DNA of 64,000 nt from the NCBI GenBank assembly GCA_016700095.1, contig CP065002.1, positions 932,145-996,144 of the forward strand. Direction: 5' to 3'. Below, piece by piece: positions 31,585 through 41,074 of this stretch. Position numbers and translations under genes: made by a program. How positions within the stretch are numbered: position 1 is the stretch's first letter; every line of letters begins with the position of its first letter. The notes beneath the pieces are model-generated. The model made no database searches. It was not told where the DNA came from and saw only the letters and a program-made list of their open reading frames with translations. This stretch comes from Candidatus Woesebacteria bacterium (lineage in GTDB: Bacteria; Patescibacteriota; Microgenomatia; UBA8517).

Positions 31585-33228
31585 TTATATCCCGTTGGAA
31601 TGAACCAGTTTATATAAAGTTATTCCAAAAATATCTATTTCCTTTTCAATCTTACTCCAACCAAAATTCGCCACTTCCGCTTTCCCGTTATGGGTTGGGT
31701 CACACTTCTCTTTTGGTAATTCACATACAACAAATAATTGATCCGTAACCGTCTCCTGTAATTTCTGGGCGTTAATAATTTTGAAATTGGCTTGTTTTCG
31801 TTCCAAATAATATTGATATGCCCCTTCATAGTTTCGCTCGGCGATGACAGCAATATTAAACGGTTTGTCGGCTGCTTCATCTACAATTCTTTGCGAGACT
31901 TCTTCGGAACGCTTAAGTTGGTCGTTGGGACTATACTTCAGAGGGTTTTTGACAATGTTTGCATTGGCAATTAGGACAAGAAATATGATGAAAGAAAGTG
32001 TGATGATTTTTTTTCTTAAAGCAAATACGAACTGAGAAATTCCACCCAACATAATAAATAGTGCAGGATATAGAAATCCAAAATAATGATCGTAAATCTC
32101 TTGTTTATAAACTCCCAAACCTATGAGTGCAAAAACAAACCAAAGAAACAAAACAAAGAAAGCTTCAGAATGAAGATATTTTTCGTTTTTCGCAAATAAG
32201 GTACTAGCTATTTGCTTACTTCTAATTATTTTTAGGATAATTAGCATAAATATAACTGCACATAAAATTACAAACCATAGCCCCAAATTGTCGTTATATC
32301 CGGTTACAACATGTGACGATATTTCATTACTTATCGGTAATAGTTTTGAAAACGAACTCCATGGTTTTACGCTTAAAGTGGTTTGTCGCTCGGTGAAAAA
32401 AATCTTCATAGCACTGAAATTTATCCAATTATGCCTTGCGTCAAAAATTACCAGCGGGCTCATTAGTAGAGTAAATATTCCAGCGCCACAAAACGAGGCA
32501 ATCATAAAAGTTCTTAGTTTTTGTTTCGAGTCTTTTGTTGTGGGAATTTTAACAGCAACAAAAGTTAATATCCAAAGTAAAGCAATAACAGGAAAGAGAA
32601 TTAATCCCAAATAATGAGATTGCACGACACCGGCAAGCGAAAAGCCCGTAATCATTAGCCATTTGTACTCTCGGGCTTTCCATACTTTCCAAATTGAAAA
32701 CACGGCTACGATGGAAAAAAACGGCATGATGTTTGGATTCCACGAGGATTTTGAATATATTATTACTGTAGGTGCAATCGCGTAAAAAAATGCAGCGATG
32801 AGTGCTCCGATATTTACCGACCGATTTTTATCACTTTTCCCAACAGGAAACCACTTTTTGGTAATATACCATACTAAATAATTTGTAAATATTCCAAGCA
32901 ATGCAATCATTACCGCCGGACCAACCGGCGAAAACCGAGCTACAAAAAGCGCTGGAGCCATCATGTAATAATAGAGAGGACCTAAATACATATTGCCGAT
33001 CGACGTACCGGGGCCAATTAGCATTAAGTCAAAATCGGTTAGAAATCTCCTCACGATTATTGCGTCACGTCCTTCATCACCAAGAAAAGTCATATATCCG
33101 CCAATTTTGTACAGCCTTAAAAAAGTGCTTAGCAATAGAATACATACAAGAAGTATTCCTTCAACTTTATGTAATTTGAACCAAGTGGTGATTTTATTAA
33201 CTAAAGAGCCTATTTTATTTTCCGCCAT
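31585..33228 (-). CDS. GT-C membrane glycosyltransferase, with a motif intermediate between the ArnT DE type and the DQxRD type.
   Basis: 547 aa. Motifs TFLGDEGRDAIIV, LIGPGTSIGNMYLGPLY and YSKSSWNPN. It is polytopic. Confidence 0.7.
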   Translation of the reverse strand: MAENKIGSLVNKITTWFKLHKVEGILLVCILLLSTFLRLYKIGGYMTFLGDEGRDAIIVRRFLTDFDLMLIGPGTSIGNMYLGPLYYYMMAPALFVARFSPVGPAVMIALLGIFTNYLVWYITKKWFPVGKSDKNRSVNIGALIAAFFYAIAPTVIIYSKSSWNPNIMPFFSIVAVFSIWKVWKAREYKWLMITGFSLAGVVQSHYLGLILFPVIALLWILTFVAVKIPTTKDSKQKLRTFMIASFCGAGIFTLLMSPLVIFDARHNWINFSAMKIFFTERQTTLSVKPWSSFSKLLPISNEISSHVVTGYNDNLGLWFVILCAVIFMLIILKIIRSKQIASTLFAKNEKYLHSEAFFVLFLWFVFALIGLGVYKQEIYDHYFGFLYPALFIMLGGISQFVFALRKKIITLSFIIFLVLIANANIVKNPLKYSPNDQLKRSEEVSQRIVDEAADKPFNIAVIAERNYEGAYQYYLERKQANFKIINAQKLQETVTDQLFVVCELPKEKCDPTHNGKAEVANFGWSKIEKEIDIFGITLYKLVHSNGI

Positions 33229-33929
33229 AGAGTAAAAAGATCAATAAAACTTTTTATAATGACATTAATATCGGCACCCGTACCCTTACCGGTGACACGG
33301 GGGTAATGATGAACTCCGATTTCGACAATCTTAAATCCGTTCTTTCTTGCTTTTATTAAAAATTCACTTGAGATGAATGCTCCGCGTTCCGATTCAAGTT
33401 TGGGAATATGTGTAACAACCTTTTTCGATATCAGTTTAAATCCACAATCAATGTCCTTTACTCGCAAACCAAATAAAATAAATACAACCGTTTCCCACGC
33501 AGTCGTATTTAACTTCCTAAAAAAAGATACTTTCCTGTCGAGATAGTATCCGATAACCAAGTCGGCTTTGGTTTGTTTTTGAGTTTCGACAAACTTATCA
33601 ATCTCGGCAAAATCAAATTGGCCGTCAGCATCCGTAAAAGCAATCCAGTCATACTTCGCATTGTAAAAACCACTTTTTATTGCAGCGCCGTATCCTCTGT
33701 TTTGCTTGTGATTAATAACTCTGACTGACCTTTCTTTCAAAGCAATCTTTTCTGCTTTTTGTAAAGTATTATCTTTGGAGCCGTCATTGATAATGAGAAC
33801 TTCCCACTTTTTTGCTGTGTTTTTGAGTATTTTAATTGCCGACGCTACCGTCTTTTCAATTTGCGCCTCTTCGTTGTATGCAGGGAAAAATACCGACAAT
33901 TCATCAATTAGATATGTTTTTCTTTTCAT
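33210..33929 (-). CDS. GT2 polyprenyl-phosphate sugar synthase (Dpm1/ArnC-like).
   Basis: 239 aa. Motifs LSVFFPAYNEEAQI, VLIINDGSKDNT and IAFTDADGQFDF. It overlaps the downstream GT-C gene by 19 nt, giving an ArnC/ArnT-like pair. Confidence 0.85.
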   Translation of the reverse strand: MKRKTYLIDELSVFFPAYNEEAQIEKTVASAIKILKNTAKKWEVLIINDGSKDNTLQKAEKIALKERSVRVINHKQNRGYGAAIKSGFYNAKYDWIAFTDADGQFDFAEIDKFVETQKQTKADLVIGYYLDRKVSFFRKLNTTAWETVVFILFGLRVKDIDCGFKLISKKVVTHIPKLESERGAFISSEFLIKARKNGFKIVEIGVHHYPRVTGKGTGADINVIIKSFIDLFTLWRKIK

Positions 33930-34050
33930 AATTATTTGATAAGTTTAGAGACTTCACCTTGAAGTCTATCATGAATGTACAATTTTCCGCTATATTTAGC
34001 ATCCTCAAAGATATTGTTAAGTTCAGCAAAAGACGCTATCATCATGCTAC

Positions 34051-35268
34051 ATGGGAAAAAGACTAGTCAGGTTGGCTCCGATATTTCTAATGACTTTTCT
34101 GCCAACACTCTTTGTGTGGTTACCCTATCTCCTGCGATTGGAATCAATCTGGAAAATTCCCCTAACATCAAATGGTATGGCAACAGTTGTTGCAAATTAT
34201 GACGGACCTCTTTACATCGTAATCGCAAAAACATTTTACAATCTGGATATGATTTCTAAAAGTTTTTCGTTCGATCTCCCCCTCGAGTATTACGCGGCTC
34301 ATTTTCCGATGTATCCAATTCTCATATTTCTGGTTGCTTCGGTAACTAATCTTTTCAGCGCTTTTTCATCGTTTGCCGGATATCCGTATGCCATGCTGAT
34401 TAGTACGTTAATAAGTTCCTTTTTGGCAATGTACTTTTTCAATAAGTTCATCAAACAATACACTTCAGAACCGAACGCCCTGTGGATTACGTTTGTATTT
34501 GGCTTACTACCTGCAAGATGGTTAATCGTAAGATCGGTCGGTTCACCGGAACCATTGTTCGTCGCCGCAATAATCGCATCTATTTATTATTTTCAAAACA
34601 AAAAATACTGGCTTGCCGCTGTGTGGGGAGTAGTTGCCCAACTAACAAAATCACCCGGGGTACTGTTATTTTTGGCATACGGTCTGACAATCACCGCTCA
34701 GTCATTTAAGCAAATTGCCATTTCAAAGGCAAAAGCTTTTGACCATATACTAAATTGGCGAGCGTATCCGGTTGTGCTTATTCCACTTTCTCTTTTAGGG
34801 TTGTTTTCGTTATATAGCATTAGATTCAATAACTTTTTCGCTTACTTTAATTCGGGCGACAATATCCATTTGTTTTTTCCACCTTTTCAAGTTTTTAATT
34901 CGTCAGCTCCTTGGGTGGGAACATTTTGGTTGGAAGATATCATATTTATTTATCTTCTTGGCACCATAGGTATTGTCCAATTAATCGATATTTTTATGCA
35001 TGCAGACAAAAAGGATCGGGAACGCCATGCAGTTGTAATGTGGTTCGCAATCATATATTTTGTATCGATATTATTTGTCTCACATCGGGATGTTGCCAGA
35101 TATTCGCTACCTATCGTTCCATTTCTGTTTGCAGCCTGGCATAAATTTTTTACTACCAAGGAATTTAAAATTGCCTTCTTTATTATTATTATCCCCATAT
35201 TTTTATATTCATATACCTTCATAACCGGAAACACTATTCCGATATCGGATTGGGCACCGCTTTTGTAA
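34051..35268 (+). CDS. Polytopic membrane protein, putative GT-C-type (mannosyltransferase-like) enzyme.
   Basis: 405 aa. About 11 TM helices. Loop motifs ANYDGPLYIVIAKTFYN and VSHRDVARYSLPIVPF. The family is not confidently assignable. Confidence 0.5.
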   Translation: MGKRLVRLAPIFLMTFLPTLFVWLPYLLRLESIWKIPLTSNGMATVVANYDGPLYIVIAKTFYNLDMISKSFSFDLPLEYYAAHFPMYPILIFLVASVTNLFSAFSSFAGYPYAMLISTLISSFLAMYFFNKFIKQYTSEPNALWITFVFGLLPARWLIVRSVGSPEPLFVAAIIASIYYFQNKKYWLAAVWGVVAQLTKSPGVLLFLAYGLTITAQSFKQIAISKAKAFDHILNWRAYPVVLIPLSLLGLFSLYSIRFNNFFAYFNSGDNIHLFFPPFQVFNSSAPWVGTFWLEDIIFIYLLGTIGIVQLIDIFMHADKKDRERHAVVMWFAIIYFVSILFVSHRDVARYSLPIVPFLFAAWHKFFTTKEFKIAFFIIIIPIFLYSYTFITGNTIPISDWAPLL

Positions 35269-35391
35269 TTTACTACACCAGATTAAGTATCAATAACGTA
35301 TATGTTCAGTGTAAATTGTTTCATTTAGTCATAATTTGTTGTAACGAAAAATACTTAAACAATAATATTTTAAATGTTGTAGAATTTAACG

Positions 35392-35592
35392 ATGAAAAAC
35401 GCTAACACTGAAAAAATAAAAGACCTTAAATCCAAGCTGAATCACTATGAATCTATATTAAAAGCCGAAATGAAAGGATATCGCGGAGTGGTTCATGAAT
35501 CTGCAGCAAGTGAAATAAAGCACACAAAAGTTATGGTTTATACAGCAATGGTAGATGGATTAAAAAAAGAAATACGGGATCTTGAAAATTAG
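35392..35592 (+). CDS. Small hypothetical protein (66 aa, coiled-coil-like).
   Basis: An ORF with no Shine-Dalgarno sequence, convergent with and overlapping the next gene by 4 nt. The only support is its open frame. Confidence 0.25.
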   Translation: MKNANTEKIKDLKSKLNHYESILKAEMKGYRGVVHESAASEIKHTKVMVYTAMVDGLKKEIRDLEN

Positions 35593-36800
35593 TTCGACTT
35601 CTTGCCTTTTAACTTCCAAGTTTTCCAAATAACGAGATTATACATCGTATAGTTAAATGCCATAACTAGCGGCATGGCGATAAGAATACCAATCTGTCGA
35701 ACGAAAGTCGTATCCGAGAAAGCTACAACCATGACACCAATTACTACAAATTGAATAACGACTGCACCAAACGACGTTAAATTAAATTGAATAAACTTCC
35801 ACACTGTTACTAATGGATTGGTTATTTTTTCTTCCTTAAATGTCCAAATGTTATTAAGAACAAAGTTGGAAATAATTGCCATCTCTGCAGCAAGTGCAGC
35901 CGCCCAAGCAGATGATTCCCCGATAAATGAAAACGAAGTACCCTTGAAAAAACTAAAGTTTTGAGCAAGTGCCATGGCTATCGATGTCCCGGTGTAGAGT
36001 TCAAGTGCAATTGCGTTAACAACATACCCAATAAATCCAACAACAGCAAATTTAACAAACCTTATCTTGTCTCTAATACCCAGAATAATAGCAACCTTAA
36101 AAGTCGCCACCATTTCCTTGGTATTAAATTTCGACTTATCAGTTATCCTCGGTCTAAATTCAAGCGGCACCTCGACGACTTTATCCGCATTTTTAATACA
36201 TTGATACATGAGATCAACTTTGTAGGCAAATCTCTCGAGTTCCATTAATCCATCCAGGTCGATTTTATTAAGAACTCCCTTAACTTTAGATAATCTAAAT
36301 CCGGTGGTTAAATCGTGGATTTCTTTTTTCAGTAGGACAATTCGAATAAACAAATTTCCAAAATAACTAACCATGCGCCTAAAAAGTGCCCATTCTTTCG
36401 GAACCGTACCTCCTTTTATATATCTTGATCCTATTACATAACTTGCACCGTTTATATAAGCCTCAACCATCGGTTTAACAAACTCGGGAGGATGTTGACC
36501 GTCTGCGTCCATTTCCAAAATAGCATCCGCATGTAATTTCTCCATCGCATACTTCATACCAACCACATATGCGTTTCCCAATCCTTTTTTATCACCCTGT
36601 TGTATTAGATGGAGATTTCCTCGTTTCTCACTTGCCTTTTCGACAATCTCAGTCATACCGTCTTTAGAATGATTATCGACTACAAGCAAATGCATTTCGG
36701 CGTTAATCTTTTGGAATTCTGTATCAAACAGAGTATCAATCATTTTTTTGATTCCCTCTGCCTCATTCCAAGCCGGCATAACAATAACTACTTTTTCCAT
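35589..36800 (-). CDS. GT2 polyprenyl-phosphate glycosyltransferase fused to a C-terminal GtrA-like membrane domain.
   Basis: 403 aa. The N-terminal half has VIVMPAWNEAEGI, LVVDNHSKDGMT and ILEMDADGQHPP. The C-terminal about 130 aa form four TM helices (FVKFAVVGFIGYVVNAIALELY...), typical of GtrA-family domains. Confidence 0.8.
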   Translation of the reverse strand: MEKVVIVMPAWNEAEGIKKMIDTLFDTEFQKINAEMHLLVVDNHSKDGMTEIVEKASEKRGNLHLIQQGDKKGLGNAYVVGMKYAMEKLHADAILEMDADGQHPPEFVKPMVEAYINGASYVIGSRYIKGGTVPKEWALFRRMVSYFGNLFIRIVLLKKEIHDLTTGFRLSKVKGVLNKIDLDGLMELERFAYKVDLMYQCIKNADKVVEVPLEFRPRITDKSKFNTKEMVATFKVAIILGIRDKIRFVKFAVVGFIGYVVNAIALELYTGTSIAMALAQNFSFFKGTSFSFIGESSAWAAALAAEMAIISNFVLNNIWTFKEEKITNPLVTVWKFIQFNLTSFGAVVIQFVVIGVMVVAFSDTTFVRQIGILIAMPLVMAFNYTMYNLVIWKTWKLKGKKSN

Positions 36801-36801
36801 A

Positions 36802-37584
36802 CTATTTTATTCTACACCGTAATAAACGGATTTTGAAAGAAAGAAATATATATTCAACAATATCTCTGAGATAAGTGAATAAGTATTTTTTATTAAAAGA
36901 CACTTTACTCTCACCGCGCGTCCGAAAAGTAAACTTTGTCGGAAATTCATATATCTTGTCTGTAATCCGGGTTAATCGGTAAATCAGAAAAAAGAAAAAA
37001 CCAAAACCCGTAACTTCAAGTTTGTCAAAATTTATTTTGTCCAACACTCCCTTAACACGAATGGCACGGAAGGCTCCATTGTGATCTTTGACTTGATTTA
37101 CTCCTGCTACCAAGGTTGCGAATAAAGAGTTTGCAACCCAATGATTCAAACGCCGGGTAATTGTCCATCCGCTTGTGCTACCCCCATCAACATGCCGTGA
37201 GGCAACAACGACATCATATCCCTCGCTTATCTTATCTAACATTAGCGGTAAATGTTTGAAATCAAATCCAAAGTCTGCTTCGTTTGTCACCACTATATCA
37301 GCTTTCAATTTACCAATCGCATAAGTATATCCGCGTACCATTGCCTTACCCAAACCCTTTTTTTCTCCCGATAGCATTTCAATATTTTTGTATTTGCTCA
37401 TATACCGATGCACAATATCACCTGTGTGATCGGGTGAATTATCATCAACAATTAAAATTCTAATCGAGAATTTCCTGATTGCTCGTGATAAAATTAACAG
37501 TTGATCTAGAAGCAGGGAAATGTTTTCTGCTTCGTTGTATGTTGGAATTACGATAACCACCTTATCCATATCAAAATCATACAA
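36802..37584 (-). CDS. GT2 polyprenyl-phosphate sugar synthase (Dpm1-like).
   Basis: Motifs VVIVIPTYNEAENI and ILIVDDNSPDHTGDIV. The likely start is MDKVVIV at 37569. It has a C-terminal amphipathic/TM tail. Confidence 0.8.
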   Translation of the reverse strand: MYDFDMDKVVIVIPTYNEAENISLLLDQLLILSRAIRKFSIRILIVDDNSPDHTGDIVHRYMSKYKNIEMLSGEKKGLGKAMVRGYTYAIGKLKADIVVTNEADFGFDFKHLPLMLDKISEGYDVVVASRHVDGGSTSGWTITRRLNHWVANSLFATLVAGVNQVKDHNGAFRAIRVKGVLDKINFDKLEVTGFGFFFFLIYRLTRITDKIYEFPTKFTFRTRGESKVSFNKKYLFTYLRDIVEYIFLSFKIRLLRCRIK

Positions 37585-37649
37585 GTAATTGTATTCGGAG
37601 GAAATAGGTACATGTTACAAAACAACTTATTTAAGATATAATTAACACT

Positions 37650-38789
37650 ATGAGAAAAATAATCACTACCATCAGGACAAACAAACTAACACACTTTATT
37701 ACCAAAACCAGACGACGGAAATTATTGGTTTTTGCTGTCGTAATCTTTCTTGTGATCGGTCAGTTAAACAAATCGATGAAGCCCGATTTCGAGCTTGAAG
37801 TCACGAAAGCCGAAAAGAAAACACTCGAAGAAACCATTTCGGCTTCCGGTAAGGTTAGTGCCGAAAAACTCGCCCAACTTTCATTTCTTGCAACCGAAAA
37901 TATTAACGAGATAGTTGTAAACGATGGGAGCTATGTAAAAAAGGGAGATCTGATTGCAAAACTTAATTCCTCCAGCATTTATCAATCATATCTACAAGCC
38001 GAAGCAAACCTGAGAGCAGCTGAAGCTAATGCGGACAGCGTTCTGGATAGTATTCAGAATAAGGAAAAAACAGAAACTTTTGCCGAAATAAACGCACGTA
38101 CCGCAGCGGAGGTAGCTCGTGACAATGCTTATAGATCATTCGTAATTGCTCAACAGAATTTATCAAACACTACTTTGCGTGCACCGTTTGATGGAATCTT
38201 AAGTTATGCAGACAGCGCCTCAATCGGTAAATTGGCATCGTCACTGGAAGCCAACTTTATAATTGTCGACCCGACAACGGTTTATTTCACAGCTGATGTG
38301 GGAGAAATTGATATTCCGACAGTGAAAGTCGGTACTCCTGTAAGATTGGAGCTTGACGCCTACCCGGATGAGAAATATGACGAAAAAGTAATTTCCGTCG
38401 GATACGTAAGTAAAATTACATCCACCGGAGGTACGGCATATAAAATAAATATTTCCCTACCTAACAATACGGAAAATAAATTCCGTGTTGGTATGAATGG
38501 TGATGCGGAATTAATATTATCAACACACAAGGATACAATCAGCATTCCCCAATCCGCACTTATCGAGGAAAACGGAAATGATTATGTGTGGGTTGTTAAT
38601 CAAAAGGGGAAAGCCGAAAAAGTTGAAGTTAAAACGGGGACATCATCCATTAACGATATTGAAATTGTTGATGGTTTAAATATCGGTGATACAGTCATCT
38701 CCCGTCCCCCGGCAAAAATTGAGGTTGGTAATAAAATTAAAATAAAGAATGAAGATAATTCCAACGGTAAGTTTATGGGCTTGTTTTAA
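37650..38789 (+). CDS. HlyD-family periplasmic adaptor (membrane-fusion protein, MacA-like).
   Basis: 379 aa. An N-terminal TM anchor, a coiled-coil region (YLQAEANLRAAEANADS), and biotinyl/lipoyl-like beta segments. It is the first gene of an adaptor-ATPase-permease operon. Confidence 0.75.
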   Translation: MRKIITTIRTNKLTHFITKTRRRKLLVFAVVIFLVIGQLNKSMKPDFELEVTKAEKKTLEETISASGKVSAEKLAQLSFLATENINEIVVNDGSYVKKGDLIAKLNSSSIYQSYLQAEANLRAAEANADSVLDSIQNKEKTETFAEINARTAAEVARDNAYRSFVIAQQNLSNTTLRAPFDGILSYADSASIGKLASSLEANFIIVDPTTVYFTADVGEIDIPTVKVGTPVRLELDAYPDEKYDEKVISVGYVSKITSTGGTAYKINISLPNNTENKFRVGMNGDAELILSTHKDTISIPQSALIEENGNDYVWVVNQKGKAEKVEVKTGTSSINDIEIVDGLNIGDTVISRPPAKIEVGNKIKIKNEDNSNGKFMGLF

Positions 38790-38794
38790 AACCT

Positions 38795-39478
38795 ATGGCC
38801 TCCATTTTAAGCCTCGAAAAAATATCGAAAGTCTATCCAATGGGTGACATGATGGTGCACGCTTTACGCGAGGTAAGTTTAGAAATCAAAGAGGGAGATT
38901 TCGCTTCCATAACGGGACCATCCGGAAGCGGCAAATCAACTCTCATGCACATGATCGGACTTCTGGATAAACCAACAAGTGGCAGAATTCTATTACAAGG
39001 GAAAAATGTTAGCGATCTTGACGAAAACGAATTAGCCGTAGCTCGAAATAAATATATCGGATTTGTTTTCCAATCATTTAACTTATTGTCCAAAACAAGC
39101 GCCCTAGACAATGTTGCTCTTCCCCTGCTTTACGCAGGTGTTGCCAAAAACGAACGTAACGAACGGGCCCAAAAAGCTCTCATAACGGTCGGTCTCGGCG
39201 ACCGACTTGATCATACATCAACACAATTATCAGGAGGTCAACAGCAAAGAGTTGCCATCGCACGAGCTCTGGTAAATGATCCTCGGTTAATATTAGCGGA
39301 CGAACCGACGGGTAATTTGGATACCAAATCGGGAGATGAAATTATGTCACTGCTTAAAAATCTTAACAAGGAAGGTAACACTATTTTACTAGTTACTCAC
39401 GAAATGGAAATTGCAGCGAGTACCAAAAGGCGAATAAAAATAGTCGACGGAGAAATCGTCGAAGATAAAAAACAGTAA
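38795..39478 (+). CDS. ABC transporter ATP-binding protein (MacB/LolD/FtsE-like).
   Basis: 227 aa. Walker A GPSGSGKSTL, signature LSGGQQQRVAIARAL, and Walker B ILADEPTGNLD. Confidence 0.9.
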   Translation: MASILSLEKISKVYPMGDMMVHALREVSLEIKEGDFASITGPSGSGKSTLMHMIGLLDKPTSGRILLQGKNVSDLDENELAVARNKYIGFVFQSFNLLSKTSALDNVALPLLYAGVAKNERNERAQKALITVGLGDRLDHTSTQLSGGQQQRVAIARALVNDPRLILADEPTGNLDTKSGDEIMSLLKNLNKEGNTILLVTHEMEIAASTKRRIKIVDGEIVEDKKQ

Positions 39479-39480
39479 AC

Positions 39481-40680
39481 ATGATTGATTACACTGAGAC
39501 ATTCACTCTTGCAACCAAGGCAATTTGGCGAAACAAGGCCCGATCAAGTCTAACTATGCTCGGCATTATCATTGGTGTTTCAGCGGTGATTCTACTTATT
39601 TCAGTAGGTCAGGGTTTACAAAACTACATTACACAGCAGTTTGAGTCAATCGGATCAAACCAGATTTTCGTTCTCCCGGGAAAAGGATTGGAAGGTTTTG
39701 GATCAGGTCCTCCAAATCTGGCAGGTAGCAAACTTACCCTTCGTCATGTCGAGAGTATTTCCAGACTTGGCGGATCAGTAAAAACAGCGGCTGCCGACAA
39801 CGAATTACCATCCTCAGTCAAATACAAAGGCACATCGATTGTTTCAACAGTAGCCGGAACTTCAGCAGAATGGCTGGTTATGTCCAATGTCGAAATCGGA
39901 AACGGTAGAGGTTTAACCGATAGTGACGTCGAGCAGTCTCGAAATGTTGCAATTGTTGGCAAATCTGTCGTCGAAGAATTGTTTGGAAGCGCAAATCCCG
40001 TTGGTCAAAACATAACCGTCGGTGATCAGAGTTTTAAAATAATCGGCGAACTTAACGAGCTGGGAACACAAAGTATCGGTATAGATGTTGATAATTTTGT
40101 AATTATCCCCATAACCACCTCTCAGCGGGTGTTTGGTGTTGAGGCAATTACGACAATTGTTGTCCAGGCAGTAAATAAAGATGAAATTCCAATTGCGGTC
40201 GAACAAGTGGAACGCTACCTAAAAACACAGCTGGATGAAGATGATTTTTCAGTTGTAGATCAGGAAAGTTTATTAAATACGATTAATCAAATTCTCGGTG
40301 TATTAACGGCAGCTTTAGGAGGAATAGCGGCGATATCTCTAGTCGTAGGTGGTGTTGGAATTATGAATATCATGCTCGTATCAGTCACTGAACGCACACG
40401 CGAAATAGGTTTAAGGAAAGCTATTGGTGCAAAACCAAGTGACATTTCAAGCCAATTTGTAATCGAGGCAGTGGCTTTATCTGTCTCAGGTGGAGGAATC
40501 GGTATCATCATCGGCTGGTTGGGCTCTCTTGCCCTTAACCCATACTTCCCAACCCATGTCACACTCTGGTCAATCGCTCTCGCCTTTGGGGTTTCGGCTG
40601 CAATTGGAATTTTGTTTGGGGTAGCTCCGGCAGTTCGCGCATCAAAACTTAACCCGATTGACGCACTGCGTTATGAGTAA
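39481..40680 (+). CDS. ABC transporter permease, FtsX/MacB-type.
   Basis: 399 aa. An N-terminal TM helix, a large periplasmic domain, and a C-terminal three-TM FtsX core (GGVGIMNIMLVSVTERTREIGLRKAIGA). Confidence 0.85.
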   Translation: MIDYTETFTLATKAIWRNKARSSLTMLGIIIGVSAVILLISVGQGLQNYITQQFESIGSNQIFVLPGKGLEGFGSGPPNLAGSKLTLRHVESISRLGGSVKTAAADNELPSSVKYKGTSIVSTVAGTSAEWLVMSNVEIGNGRGLTDSDVEQSRNVAIVGKSVVEELFGSANPVGQNITVGDQSFKIIGELNELGTQSIGIDVDNFVIIPITTSQRVFGVEAITTIVVQAVNKDEIPIAVEQVERYLKTQLDEDDFSVVDQESLLNTINQILGVLTAALGGIAAISLVVGGVGIMNIMLVSVTERTREIGLRKAIGAKPSDISSQFVIEAVALSVSGGGIGIIIGWLGSLALNPYFPTHVTLWSIALAFGVSAAIGILFGVAPAVRASKLNPIDALRYE

Positions 40681-41074
40681 AACCACCGTGCCTTAAAGTC
40701 TGTAGTTTATTGGTAAATTATTAATGTGGGGTCAGTACTTTGCTTCATTAACAAGTTCTTTTGCTCATGGTCATTTACAAATTTTTTACATGGTTCTCCA
40801 CCGACTAAAGTCCGTAGTGACTTTTCTATGGTAACTTTTTCCGCTTTCAATGTTAAGACAAATCTCGATTCACTGACTAATCGCGTGGTATTACCTGAAG
40901 ATAAAAATATAGTATGTGTCACTCTCCAATATCTCACCTTTCAGAGTGCAAATGCCTGATTAACGCCAACTAGATAATATTTATGTGACTACACCTAAAA
41001 TCAGACTATTAGACACAGTAAACCAAGATACTAATAAATTGACCTGGACTTCGATCATGTTATAGCATTAATAA

